From: an uncultured Clostridia bacterium
GTDB lineage: Bacteria; Bacillota; Clostridia; Oscillospirales; Acutalibacteraceae
Length of the DNA: 49,546 bases
Reading direction: 5' to 3'
Assembly (NCBI GenBank): GCA_937919155.1
Contig: CALFPM010000178.1
Span: forward strand, 1-49,546
This document shows, one piece after another, positions 37,829 to 46,394 of this stretch. Under the pieces are notes generated by a model that was given only the letters and a program-made list of their open reading frames with translations, made no database searches and was not told where the DNA came from. Made by a program: the position numbers and the translations under genes. The stretch's first letter is position 1. The number at the start of each line of letters is the position of its first letter.

Positions 37829-39544
37829 GTTACTGATAACATTGACACTGTAAACCTTGTCCGAGTGATTCCTGCTCACTTGGACTATTTCAGTTGATGC
37901 GATATCTACAGTGCCTGAATTAAAATTTGCGGCGTTCTCCAAGGGTTCGGGAAGCGTTCCGCATCTGAGAAGAGTATCAATATCGGATTTCAACTCAATC
38001 TCAATATGGTTCTCAAAAACTATGATCTTTTCAATTATAAGCAACAAGTCGTTTGTATTAAGCTTGTCTTTATTGATGATGTCATCGAAAATCTGAAGTG
38101 CGGTTTTTGCAACTTTGTTGACATGAATAACCATATTGCATCTATTGGAAATCATATCAATCTGATTTCTGATACCTTCAATTCTGTCGGTACACTCCTG
38201 AACCATCTCGTCATACAATTCTTCAAGTTCCTCTTCTTTGTCAGGTTCCTTGATAATAGCTCTCGCTTTCTGACGAAGATGGATTTTTCTTTCTTCTTCA
38301 GCTTCTTTAATAAGCTTCTCAAGGTTTTCAATCGATGTTTCGCTTTTTTTGACTTCTGAGTCTTCGTCTTCAAGAGACATATTGATTCTTTCAATCATTT
38401 CAGCAGAAGTGCTTCTGATGAATCTGAGATATTCTTTAAGAACGGAATCGAGCATCTCAACCTTTACGAAATGGCTTGTGCAGGCCTTTAGACCTCTTTT
38501 ATGATATTCTCCGCAGCGATATGCATCATTTGCCTTTCTGCTCATCGGAAACATCGGGCTTCCGCAGTCACCGCAAACCATCAGTCCTGAATAGAAATTG
38601 TCGTATTTCTTCTGACCTCTGTAGTGGTTTTTGGTTCTTGCCGTCATTGCTTCCTGTGTAGCTTTGAAAGTCTTGAAGTCAATAATGGCAGCATGGTGGT
38701 TTTCAAAAACATATTGATTTGTTGCAGGTTTCGAAACTGCTTTGCCGCCGATTTTTGTTCTTGTTGTTTTGCCTTGAGTTAATGTTCCGATATAGGCGTT
38801 GTTACACAAAATACTCTGGACCGTAGCAATACTCCAGGCAGATTTTGCTTTGATACTGTTAGGCTTGTTTTCAGCGTCTTTTCTTGCCTTCTGGCTTGCA
38901 CGCGGAGTAAGAATGTGTTGATCTGTAAGATAATTTGCTATTTTCTTATAGCCCCAGCCCTTGTTATACAGTTCAAAGATTTTGCGGACAACCTCAGCTT
39001 CCTCGGGGACTACTATAAACGGATCTTTGCTCGGCACAGCCATTTTATAGCCGTAAGGTGCAGCACTTATCCATTCGCCCTTTTCCTGCCGTTTTCCAAC
39101 AACCTTCCGAACTTTTTTCGATGTATCAGTTACAGGCATTTCATTAACAAGAAAAGCAAGCTGAATTCGGATCCAGTCATCATCATTCGGGAAATCGATG
39201 TTGTCGCCAACAGAGATGATTCTGCGTCCGGCATCGCGTAAATCCTCAAGTTCGCCAAGACCCTTGCTGTTACGGCGTGAAAATCTTGAGAAATCTTTAA
39301 CAATAAGAATATCATAGGTGCCGTTCATCAGAAGCGGACGCATCTGTTGATATCCGGGGCGTTTTTCAAAGGTGTATCCCGATTTGTCTCTGTCTTCATA
39401 GAAAGTGAGTTTTGAGCCAGGAAATGTCTCGTTAACGAAATCCTTAATGATTTCTCTCTGATGCTCAATAGAGATGTTTTTATTTTTTGGGTCATCGTCA
39501 ACTGAAATTCTGACGTAACCCGCTATGTTAAAAGTTTCAGCCAT
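37379..39544 (-). CDS. Large serine recombinase (resolvase, recombinase, zinc ribbon, coiled coil) fused to the SpoVT C-terminus
   Basis: YVRIS catalytic Ser, DKSG..RPG, KDFSRFSR, APYGY, YIG, HAAII and CGDCG...YRC...C motifs. No stop before the SpoVT sequence. Confidence 0.92.
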   Translation of the reverse strand: MAETFNIAGYVRISVDDDPKNKNISIEHQREIIKDFVNETFPGSKLTFYEDRDKSGYTFEKRPGYQQMRPLLMNGTYDILIVKDFSRFSRRNSKGLGELEDLRDAGRRIISVGDNIDFPNDDDWIRIQLAFLVNEMPVTDTSKKVRKVVGKRQEKGEWISAAPYGYKMAVPSKDPFIVVPEEAEVVRKIFELYNKGWGYKKIANYLTDQHILTPRASQKARKDAENKPNSIKAKSAWSIATVQSILCNNAYIGTLTQGKTTRTKIGGKAVSKPATNQYVFENHHAAIIDFKTFKATQEAMTARTKNHYRGQKKYDNFYSGLMVCGDCGSPMFPMSRKANDAYRCGEYHKRGLKACTSHFVKVEMLDSVLKEYLRFIRSTSAEMIERINMSLEDEDSEVKKSETSIENLEKLIKEAEEERKIHLRQKARAIIKEPDKEEELEELYDEMVQECTDRIEGIRNQIDMISNRCNMVIHVNKVAKTALQIFDDIINKDKLNTNDLLLIIEKIIVFENHIEIELKSDIDTLLRCGTLPEPLENAANFNSGTVDIASTEIVQVSRNHSDKVYSVNVISNGDPLEIYTDSDGEVIFKKYSPIGELSSITGQYADVLARGTGLAVIITDRDSVIACAGISKKEILDRRVSRSLEGLMERRENYVCSVDNERIKPVEGVDKEAAVVFPIVGGGDVSGALVMLLNENGSCPTQTETKLAQIAANFLGKQMEE

Positions 39545-39675
39545 GGTTTTTTCCTTTCGTAGTGTTCATTAATATTGTATATGGCCTTGACTCTTTTTTC
39601 AAGGCCATTTCAGAAACAAGGCGACGGTAAATATTTCCGCCGCCTTTTTATGTTTTATGCAGAATACTTTATAAG

Positions 39676-40029
39676 TTATTTTTCATCGCCAGGAATATCA
39701 ACTTTTTCTTCAATTGATATAAAACGAACACCCGAACAACTCAGAGTGCAGAATTCTTCAAGCCCATCATTAACACAGCGTGAAAATCTTGAAAGGTTTT
39801 TAACGATAAAAATATCGTAAGTACCGTTAAGTAAATGTTGACGCAGTTCCTGATACACGGGACGGTTTTCAAAAGTTTTGCCTGATACACCTATGTCTTC
39901 AAAAAAACTGACATCAGAATCGGGAAAGTGCTTTTCAACATATTGTCTGACGGCGGTTTTCTGAGTTTCTGTTGATGAACTGTCAGAAGAAGTTCTGCAG
40001 TATGCTGCGATGTTATAAGTTTTTTTCAT
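39676..40029 (-). CDS. Serine resolvase catalytic domain only; paralog of the adjacent recombinase N-terminus
   Basis: YNIAAYCRTS...FEDIGVSGKTFENRP.YQ...NGTYDIFIVKNLSRFSR...FISIEEKVD aligns colinearly with the first ~120 aa of 37379..39544. Confidence 0.88.
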   Translation of the reverse strand: MKKTYNIAAYCRTSSDSSSTETQKTAVRQYVEKHFPDSDVSFFEDIGVSGKTFENRPVYQELRQHLLNGTYDIFIVKNLSRFSRCVNDGLEEFCTLSCSGVRFISIEEKVDIPGDEK

Positions 40030-40160
40030 TTTTTTAATCCTTTCAGAATTATTTTATAGATTGGTTGCGAATAATGCGGCTGGTGAATGTATCCGCCGCA
40101 TTATTCATGCTTTGTGCAGGAATCGTTGTCATGATTTTATTTCCCTCCTGCATAAATTGT

Positions 40161-40409
40161 TTAAATTGCGATATCCTCACACACAGCAGCTTCATTTCTT
40201 GCGGCTTCCGCCTTGTTTATTGATACAAGCATTTCCGTGTTATCTTCAAGACTGTCATCGCCCGAAATCATAACCACGGGTTTGTAGCCGAGCTTTTTTG
40301 CCATGCAGATTTCACTGTTCAGGTATTCGCCGACGGTACTGTCAGACTTTTCTTTTTTGCTCATAATGTAAATCACGGTTGAGCCGTTAAAAATACGCTG
40401 CAAAAACAT
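40161..40409 (-). CDS. Hypothetical protein
   Basis: 82-aa ORF with an AAGGAG RBS, co-oriented with the recombinase genes. Confidence 0.5.
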   Translation of the reverse strand: MFLQRIFNGSTVIYIMSKKEKSDSTVGEYLNSEICMAKKLGYKPVVMISGDDSLEDNTEMLVSINKAEAARNEAAVCEDIAI

Positions 40410-40449
40410 CTCTCCTTTCTGTTAATTTTTACAAATTAAGTTGTAATAT

Positions 40450-40662
40450 TCATTCAAGGTTTTCGCGGACTGTTACTGAGTATTCATAATTTGTTTTCTT
40501 TTTAATAGATATTTTCATACTTTTGAAGCCGAGATTTTCAAAACAAAAAACAAATTCATTTGTGTTTCCGTTTTCACTTTTTTTATGGGAATCCGGAAAA
40601 GTTGGTTTTTCAGAAACATCATATGCCCAGTTTTCGAGTGTCTCCCGTTCAAAATCTGTCAT
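40450..40662 (-). CDS. Hypothetical protein
   Basis: 70-aa ORF with an AAAGGAG RBS at normal spacing. Confidence 0.6.
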   Translation of the reverse strand: MTDFERETLENWAYDVSEKPTFPDSHKKSENGNTNEFVFCFENLGFKSMKISIKKKTNYEYSVTVRENLE

Positions 40663-40739
40663 GATAACTATCTCCTTTCTTTGGTTTTTATTTAAATCGG
40701 ATAATCATCCGACTTGTTGATTTGGAATTATGATTTTAA

Positions 40740-40949
40740 CGCAATTTGCCTTTTCATAGAAATTATGTAAGATTACGATTCTCATTTTGTTTTCTGAACA
40801 AGCATTTTTTCGTGTTTTTGTTGTTCACTTAAAGTATGTAAGAACAGGTTTGTTTTTTGCTTAACTGTAGATATTTCGGCGCAGTTTACCTTTCCATAGA
40901 AAGTATGTAAGATTACGGTTTTCGTTTTGTTTTCTGAACAACGATTTTT
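40740..40949 (+). repeat. Three ~70-bp-spaced AAAGTATGTAAGA-core sites; first and third lie in a ~70-bp direct repeat
   Basis: Cores at 40760 (AAATTATGTAAGA), 40831 and 40900. 40740-40810 is similar to 40880-40949. Confidence 0.88.
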
Positions 40950-41905
40950 AAACGTTGAGTAAATAGTTAGATATACACACACACTGTCTCCAATGACTCA
41001 AAAAAAATACTTGTTGCCAACACGCACAAGCGGTCGTATTCAACGGGAAGTCCGTGTTTGAGGGCAAGCTTTTTGTTTTCTCCTCTGAGCTTGTATGTTC
41101 CGCTTAAGTCTTTTTTATTTATCGGCTTGGGTTTCTTTGTTCTTTTGTCAAGGTTGCGTTCATTCCAATGTTTGCGGATCATTTTTTCGAGTTCTTCTCT
41201 GTAGCCTTCTTCATTGTTGATTCTGTCAAGGTAATAATGATAGGCTCGTTTTGCTTGTTCGGCACGGAGTTTATGTAAGTCAAGTTTATTTTTAAATTCT
41301 TCCGAAGCGAAAACCTTGGTTTCTGTTCCGTCAAAATATGATTTTACAAATTCAACGTCCCCAGGCAAAATCAATTGCCATTGTGATTTACCGCCCTTGC
41401 CCTTGCGGATATACACGTAAAAAATTCCGTTTTCATCCTCTTTAAAATCGCTTCCCCGCAGATTTTGGAGCTCTCGGCGTCTGATCCCGACACGTTTCTG
41501 GAATTCAACGAGATGGGAATATTTCGGATTGTCAGGGTCATTATCCGAGCGTTGAACCTTACCGTTTATGCTTCTGCTTCTGACGTTCTTCGCAGAGCAT
41601 CTTTTCGGCTTTTCAATATCCGATAACGGTATATTAAAAAACAATGCAACGGGGCTCAGATATGTATGAATTGTATTTGCAGTCAGACCCTTGTTAATAA
41701 GGTGCTGAACATAATCGTCTATATGATTTTTACATTCTTCAGTTGTTTTGCAGTCATATTCCGATCTGCAGAATTCGATGAATTTACGGTAGTTTTTCAC
41801 AAACGCACTTCTTGTGACATTGTTTTCATATTTGGAAAAGAAAAATCTCGATTCCTCACAAAGTTTTTTGGTGATTGTCATTTTCTTGCTTTTCTTTTTG
41901 CTCAC
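40948..41905 (-). pseudogene. Tyrosine recombinase with a frameshift in a T8 tract just before the His/Trp and Tyr motifs
   Basis: SAM-like N-domain (NTIHTYL), GIRRREL, KGKGGK and LHKLR. The ORF stops at 40967, but the alternative frame after the T8 run (41000-41007) reads LSHWRQCVCISNYLLNV*. Confidence 0.8.
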
Positions 41906-42086
41906 GGAATCACTCCTTGTTTTGTTATTCGGAAAATCTTTCTGAGTACGGCATTTTCCGTTCCGTCCTGCGATAATTCGCCGTTAAACAACTTCAGGGC
42001 TCCATTCAGAAGCGACATACAGTCCGTTACGGTCGAGTCAGCTCCGTAACACCAACGAGAATTCTGAAAAATCCTCTTTAAAATCC

Positions 42087-42455
42087 CCACTAACGGTTAT
42101 TCTCCAAAATATCTTCGTCGAATAACCGTTAGTGGTTTGGCAGATTCAAAAAAATTTGTCTGCCAAAGTGACAGAAATACTGATGCGTTCAGACTTAAAA
42201 CATCAGATATTTCTATCACTCAGTCCGACTTTTGTCGGACAACTGCGAAGAAAACAACATCCGTGTTTCCTACGCATCCCATACCCTTTCATCAGGCTAT
42301 GGAGGGGGTGGCATTTCATTCAAAACAATTCCTCCTTAATTGAATTTTGTAACAGCAGAAATGATGATATTTAAGTCGCTATGATTAAATTCTGCCGTTG
42401 AAACGGATTCTGAAAACACCTCCTTGAATTGAATGCGGTTGCATATTACCGCATT
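42087..42455. other. Run of abutting hairpins upstream of the tyrosine recombinase (candidate structured RNA or ssDNA site)
   Basis: 16-bp perfect IR at 42087-42135, then stems at 42136-42167, 42167-42220, 42223-42240, 42244-42276, 42279-42310, 42351-42399 and 42432-42455. Confidence 0.6.
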
Positions 42456-42556
42456 AAAAGATGCTGAAATGCACTAAGGAATTTTATTTATCCAACCATA
42501 GTCGGAAACACTGAAAAAGGAAATCATATGAAACCAACCACATCGGATATCTGCAT

Positions 42557-42674
42557 CTCCTGTCGTGATTGACTTTCACTTAAAGTATGTAAGACTGACA
42601 TACCCAAAACGAAAAAACCACAACAAGAGCATTTACTCCTGTCGTGGTTTTGTATTCATATAAAGTATGTAAGA
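42557..42674 (+). repeat. Two 80-bp-spaced CTCCTGTCGTG...TTCA..TAAAGTATGTAAGA direct repeats
   Basis: Cores at 42582 and 42662, in the same orientation as the 40740-40949 copies. Confidence 0.88.
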
Positions 42675-42726
42675 ATAAGAATAGTAATAAAATAAGAAAA
42701 TCAACTTTTCTTTAATTGCGATATAC

Positions 42727-42759
42727 AAAAAGCGTATCCGATTCGGATACGCCTTTTTT
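42727..42759. terminator. Bidirectional terminator-like hairpin
   Basis: AAAAAGCGTATCCG-ATT-CGGATACGCCTTTTTT. Confidence 0.7.
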
Positions 42760-42912
42760 GAACCCAGATCCATCGTAATTATGTACAAACACGAGCGCCG
42801 AAATTTGTCGAAAACAGAGAAACATTAGAAAATATCCGAGTTTATAAAAATTATTGTGTGATGTTTTTAAGTTTTTATCATATATATATAAATTGGTTTT
42901 TAGGAGGAAAAA

Positions 42913-45897
42913 ATGAAAACTTTATTTGTTCAATTAAGTGATTTGCATTGCGATTGTTCTAAAGGTTTTCCAACGAATAAAATTGATATGGCAATCTCTG
43001 CACTGAAAACTTTAGGAAGTGTTGATAATGCGGTTTTAATTTTCACTGGGGATCTTACTAATAGTGCCGATGCAAATGAGTTTAAAACTGGCAGAAGAAT
43101 AATAGGCAAGTTCTTAAAAGACATATCCCAGTCATTTAATTGTGGTTTTATCAAAACTAAAATCGTCCCAGGTAATCATGATATGTTTTTACCAGAAGGA
43201 AGTAGAGGTTCTAAAGAAATTGAATATTGGAACAAAGATGAGCACTTAATAGAAGAACTTGATAGACTAACAAATTTCTTTGATTATTCAAAAAGCAAAA
43301 ATTGTTTTGATTCAAACAAACTATATGATGTCAAAACAGAAAAGATAGGCACTGAAAATATTCAGTTTTGCCTTATAAATTCGGCACCCTATTCTACACG
43401 CAGACATGAGGATAAACAACTTCATTATTTGCCTGAGTATGTCTTTGATAAACTCAATCGCAATCCAGAAACAGATTTGAAAATAAGTTTAATGCATCAC
43501 AGCTATGAATGGTGTGAGTGGAAAACAAAAACTTCTTTGAAAAAAGTATTGGAACAAGACGATATTGTATTTTTTGGTCACGATCATAAATCAGAAGCAT
43601 ATTCAATGATTAAATCTACAGGAGAAACCATAAACATTATTATGGGTGGACGTTTTAATTTGTCTGTAGATCAAGAGAGTGCTTTTAATGCTTTGGTTTA
43701 TGATTCTGACATTAAAGAGTTTCTCGTTTATAGATTTGAATGGAACATTGATTCACAAATATTTTGTAAACAGCATCTTGGAAACATTCCCAAAAAGTCA
43801 AATATTATGAGACCAACAGATGAATATCTTAATAAGCTACTTGAAGACAAACATAAAATAAGCGATTATTTTACAGATTATTATGTTTTGCCTAAGCTAT
43901 ATGCTGAAGGTGATATGTTTGAAGATTCATATATTGAACGAATAAGTGTTGAAAATATTTTTGAAGCTCTTGAAACCGAACGTATTATTAGAATAACGGG
44001 TGATTCCGGATCTGGAAAGTCATCACTTTTAAGATATTTATATTACAAATCAATTGATAATGGATATTTACCGCTTTTAATTGAAAAGAGAGATTATAAA
44101 GATAGCAATATTGAGAAAATGTTTAAAGAAATGTTTGTATCTCAATATGGTGAAAAAATCGATAATGGATATGATTTCTATGACCAAGGAGATAGAACGA
44201 AACAAATCATATTTATTGATGATATCGACTTGATTTCTAATCAAAGATCAAGAGAAAAACTTTTTTCGTATGTTTTAGATTCTGGACGAATACTGATATA
44301 TACAACAAAAGAAACACTTCAAGATCTTGAGAATATAATTAAAGAAAGAATGCATGGCAAGAGAGTCGGTTCTTTAGAACTTTCTCCGTTTTATAAAGAA
44401 ACACGTGATGAACTTGTATACAAAATTTGTGATCTTAAAGGAAGGAAAATCGAAGATGCTGAATCAACGATTATCGCACTTGATTATATGATTCAATGTC
44501 AAACATCTTTCTTTTCATTAACTCCGGGATGTATTCTCCAGTATATTAACTTTTTCTTAAATGGCAGTGCAGGAAAAGGGAAGGGCTTTCAAACAATTTC
44601 ACTTGTCTTTGAGACCAACCTAAGAAATTCTATGCTTTCTTGTACAAATGATAATGATGCTGGCGTATACTTGACATTGTTAGAATTTGTTGCTAACAAA
44701 ATGTATTTTGAAGATTATAAAGAATCTATATCAATTTCTTCATTAGAGGCTACTGTTTCTTTGTTTAATAACAATAGAAAGGCAAACGTTAATCCGAAAC
44801 GTTTTCTGGAAGTATGTAAAAATTCAGAAATTTTAAAAGAAAAAGACGATTCATTTGATATTCAATTTTGCAATAAAAATACATACGCATATTTTGTGGC
44901 GAAATATTTAAGTAGAGAACTCGAAAAAAATCCTGACAATACAGAAAACCTACTTTATGTTATGAATCGTATTTGTTTTGGTATTAACGAAACTATTATT
45001 CTGTTTTTATCATTCATAAGAAGTAATACACGAATAATAATGAAAATAGCTTACAAAGCTTTTGATTTATTAAAAGACTACGATGAGTGGAATATAACAG
45101 AAAACAACTTGCCACTTTTAACACAACCGCTAAAGTTTTCCAATCAACTGCCGAGCGAAGAGGAAAGAAAAGAAGCGAAGCAAAATACGGAGAGAATGGA
45201 AAAAACAAAGCAAGAAATAGTGAAATTCAAGGGTGCATTAGATTTTAATGAAAACGATGTTGAAAAAGAACGTTTCGTTCTTTTACGATCATTAAAATTC
45301 ATTATGCTTATTGCAAACACTCTCGTTGATCAGTATGGTTCTTTTGATACAGAAGAGCTTGAGTTAATGAGTTTAGCGCTTTATTCTTTACCTCAAAAAT
45401 TAATTTATGCTTTTTTGAAGCCTTATCACGACAATTTAGATAAACATGTTCAAGAACTTATGGAATTTGCAAAAGAAAATTTTGACGATGAAAAGATTTC
45501 TGAAGATGATATAAAAGAAATGATTGGTAAGGCATCAGTAATTTATGCTTTAAATGTTCTGAATACCGTTGCATATAGAGCTTCAAATCAAAATACAATG
45601 ATTGCTTTGAGAGAATTTACGTGTAAAACTCCCAATTACAGTATAATGAAACTAATGATGGAGGAGAATTCTAATGATTCAAATGAATTTGTGAGCAAGG
45701 CAATATCATTGTTTAAGGAAAACCATGGTCAAAATGATATGTTTGTTAAATCATTAATTTCTTTGATAACAAGAAAGCATATTATGTATTCTGATGTAGA
45801 TAGAAGACAGGTTGATAAATTAATATCTGCCAAGGTATTATCTTCGAAAAGCAAAAAAGAACTTTTGCTTTCTCGCGGCAAAAAAGAAGAGTGCTAA
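42913..45897 (+). CDS. Calcineurin-like metallophosphoesterase fused to a STAND/NACHT-type NTPase (candidate anti-phage protein)
   Basis: SDLH, TGD, GNHD, MHH and GHDH motifs; Walker A GDSGSGKS; Walker B IIFIDDID; 994 aa; very AT-rich. Confidence 0.85.
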   Translation: MKTLFVQLSDLHCDCSKGFPTNKIDMAISALKTLGSVDNAVLIFTGDLTNSADANEFKTGRRIIGKFLKDISQSFNCGFIKTKIVPGNHDMFLPEGSRGSKEIEYWNKDEHLIEELDRLTNFFDYSKSKNCFDSNKLYDVKTEKIGTENIQFCLINSAPYSTRRHEDKQLHYLPEYVFDKLNRNPETDLKISLMHHSYEWCEWKTKTSLKKVLEQDDIVFFGHDHKSEAYSMIKSTGETINIIMGGRFNLSVDQESAFNALVYDSDIKEFLVYRFEWNIDSQIFCKQHLGNIPKKSNIMRPTDEYLNKLLEDKHKISDYFTDYYVLPKLYAEGDMFEDSYIERISVENIFEALETERIIRITGDSGSGKSSLLRYLYYKSIDNGYLPLLIEKRDYKDSNIEKMFKEMFVSQYGEKIDNGYDFYDQGDRTKQIIFIDDIDLISNQRSREKLFSYVLDSGRILIYTTKETLQDLENIIKERMHGKRVGSLELSPFYKETRDELVYKICDLKGRKIEDAESTIIALDYMIQCQTSFFSLTPGCILQYINFFLNGSAGKGKGFQTISLVFETNLRNSMLSCTNDNDAGVYLTLLEFVANKMYFEDYKESISISSLEATVSLFNNNRKANVNPKRFLEVCKNSEILKEKDDSFDIQFCNKNTYAYFVAKYLSRELEKNPDNTENLLYVMNRICFGINETIILFLSFIRSNTRIIMKIAYKAFDLLKDYDEWNITENNLPLLTQPLKFSNQLPSEEERKEAKQNTERMEKTKQEIVKFKGALDFNENDVEKERFVLLRSLKFIMLIANTLVDQYGSFDTEELELMSLALYSLPQKLIYAFLKPYHDNLDKHVQELMEFAKENFDDEKISEDDIKEMIGKASVIYALNVLNTVAYRASNQNTMIALREFTCKTPNYSIMKLMMEENSNDSNEFVSKAISLFKENHGQNDMFVKSLISLITRKHIMYSDVDRRQVDKLISAKVLSSKSKKELLLSRGKKEEC

Positions 45898-46005
45898 ACA
45901 TTGTGTCGGACCTTCCCCGACTGGCCATTTTTATCTTGTAGATTATGGCCTAACTAACAAGATAAGATTTTGCATGTCATATAGCCACGCTGACAATGTT
46001 TAGCA
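45892..46005. other. Structured inverted-repeat element overlapping the stop codon of the STAND gene
   Basis: 13-bp perfect IR TGCTAAACATTGT/ACAATGTTTAGCA enclosing the stems GTCGG/CCGAC and TTATCTTGT/ACAAGATAA. Confidence 0.6.
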
Positions 46006-46048
46006 ATAATTATTTTATTATAATAATAATTGTTTTATTCATAGCTTC

Positions 46049-46243
46049 TTATTTTTTTGAAATATAATTTCTGTATGCTACAAGGGCGTTGAGGCAAAGG
46101 TCAATTAAATCCGGATCCATTTCTTCTACGGGTTTATCGAGCTCTTCATCAACAAGTTCGTCGAGTTTTTTTGCGTTGAGTCTGAGAGTTTCATCGTTCA
46201 GATATGTTCTTATAGCATTAAGACATCGTTTGTATTCTTTCAA
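46049..46243 (-). CDS. Small protein resembling the N-terminal domain of the neighbouring anti-sigma factor
   Basis: TTG start after GAGGTG. LDELVDEELDKPVEEMDPDLIDLCLNAL resembles LMAIILLETSKDYKEMDSDLVTECVDFL in 47314..48117. Confidence 0.7.
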   Translation of the reverse strand: MKEYKRCLNAIRTYLNDETLRLNAKKLDELVDEELDKPVEEMDPDLIDLCLNALVAYRNYISKK

Positions 46244-46274
46244 ATTTATCACCTCTGATTTTTGTCTTTTAACC

Positions 46275-46302
46275 ATATATGACGAAAAAACAGATTTGTC
46301 AC
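46275..46302 (-). promoter_or_regulatory. Putative ECF-sigma promoter (copy 1)
   Basis: GTGACA-N12-CGTCATATAT on the minus strand, with the same spacing as 48174-48201. Confidence 0.7.
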
Positions 46303-46394
46303 AAAAAATTTTTCGAAAAATATAATATTCCACAAAAAACAGCCTGCAGAGGAATTCTACCTCCGCAGGCCTTTTCTTGTTTGTTTTGTTTTTG

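Noticed and set aside
40740..40949. CRISPR array interpretation of the ~70-bp periodic repeats
   Set aside because: Only three units, the shared core is ~13 bp, units 1 and 3 share their 'spacer', and no cas genes are present.
41902..42374. Short ORFs 41902..42090, 42132..42374 and 42137..42343 as genes
   Set aside because: They have no clear RBS or motifs and run through the hairpin array, which better explains the sequence.
45892..46005. Firm call as a retron msr-msd or an integron attC
   Set aside because: No reverse transcriptase or IntI-type integrase is present and the consensus boxes do not match. Kept only as an unexplained structure.
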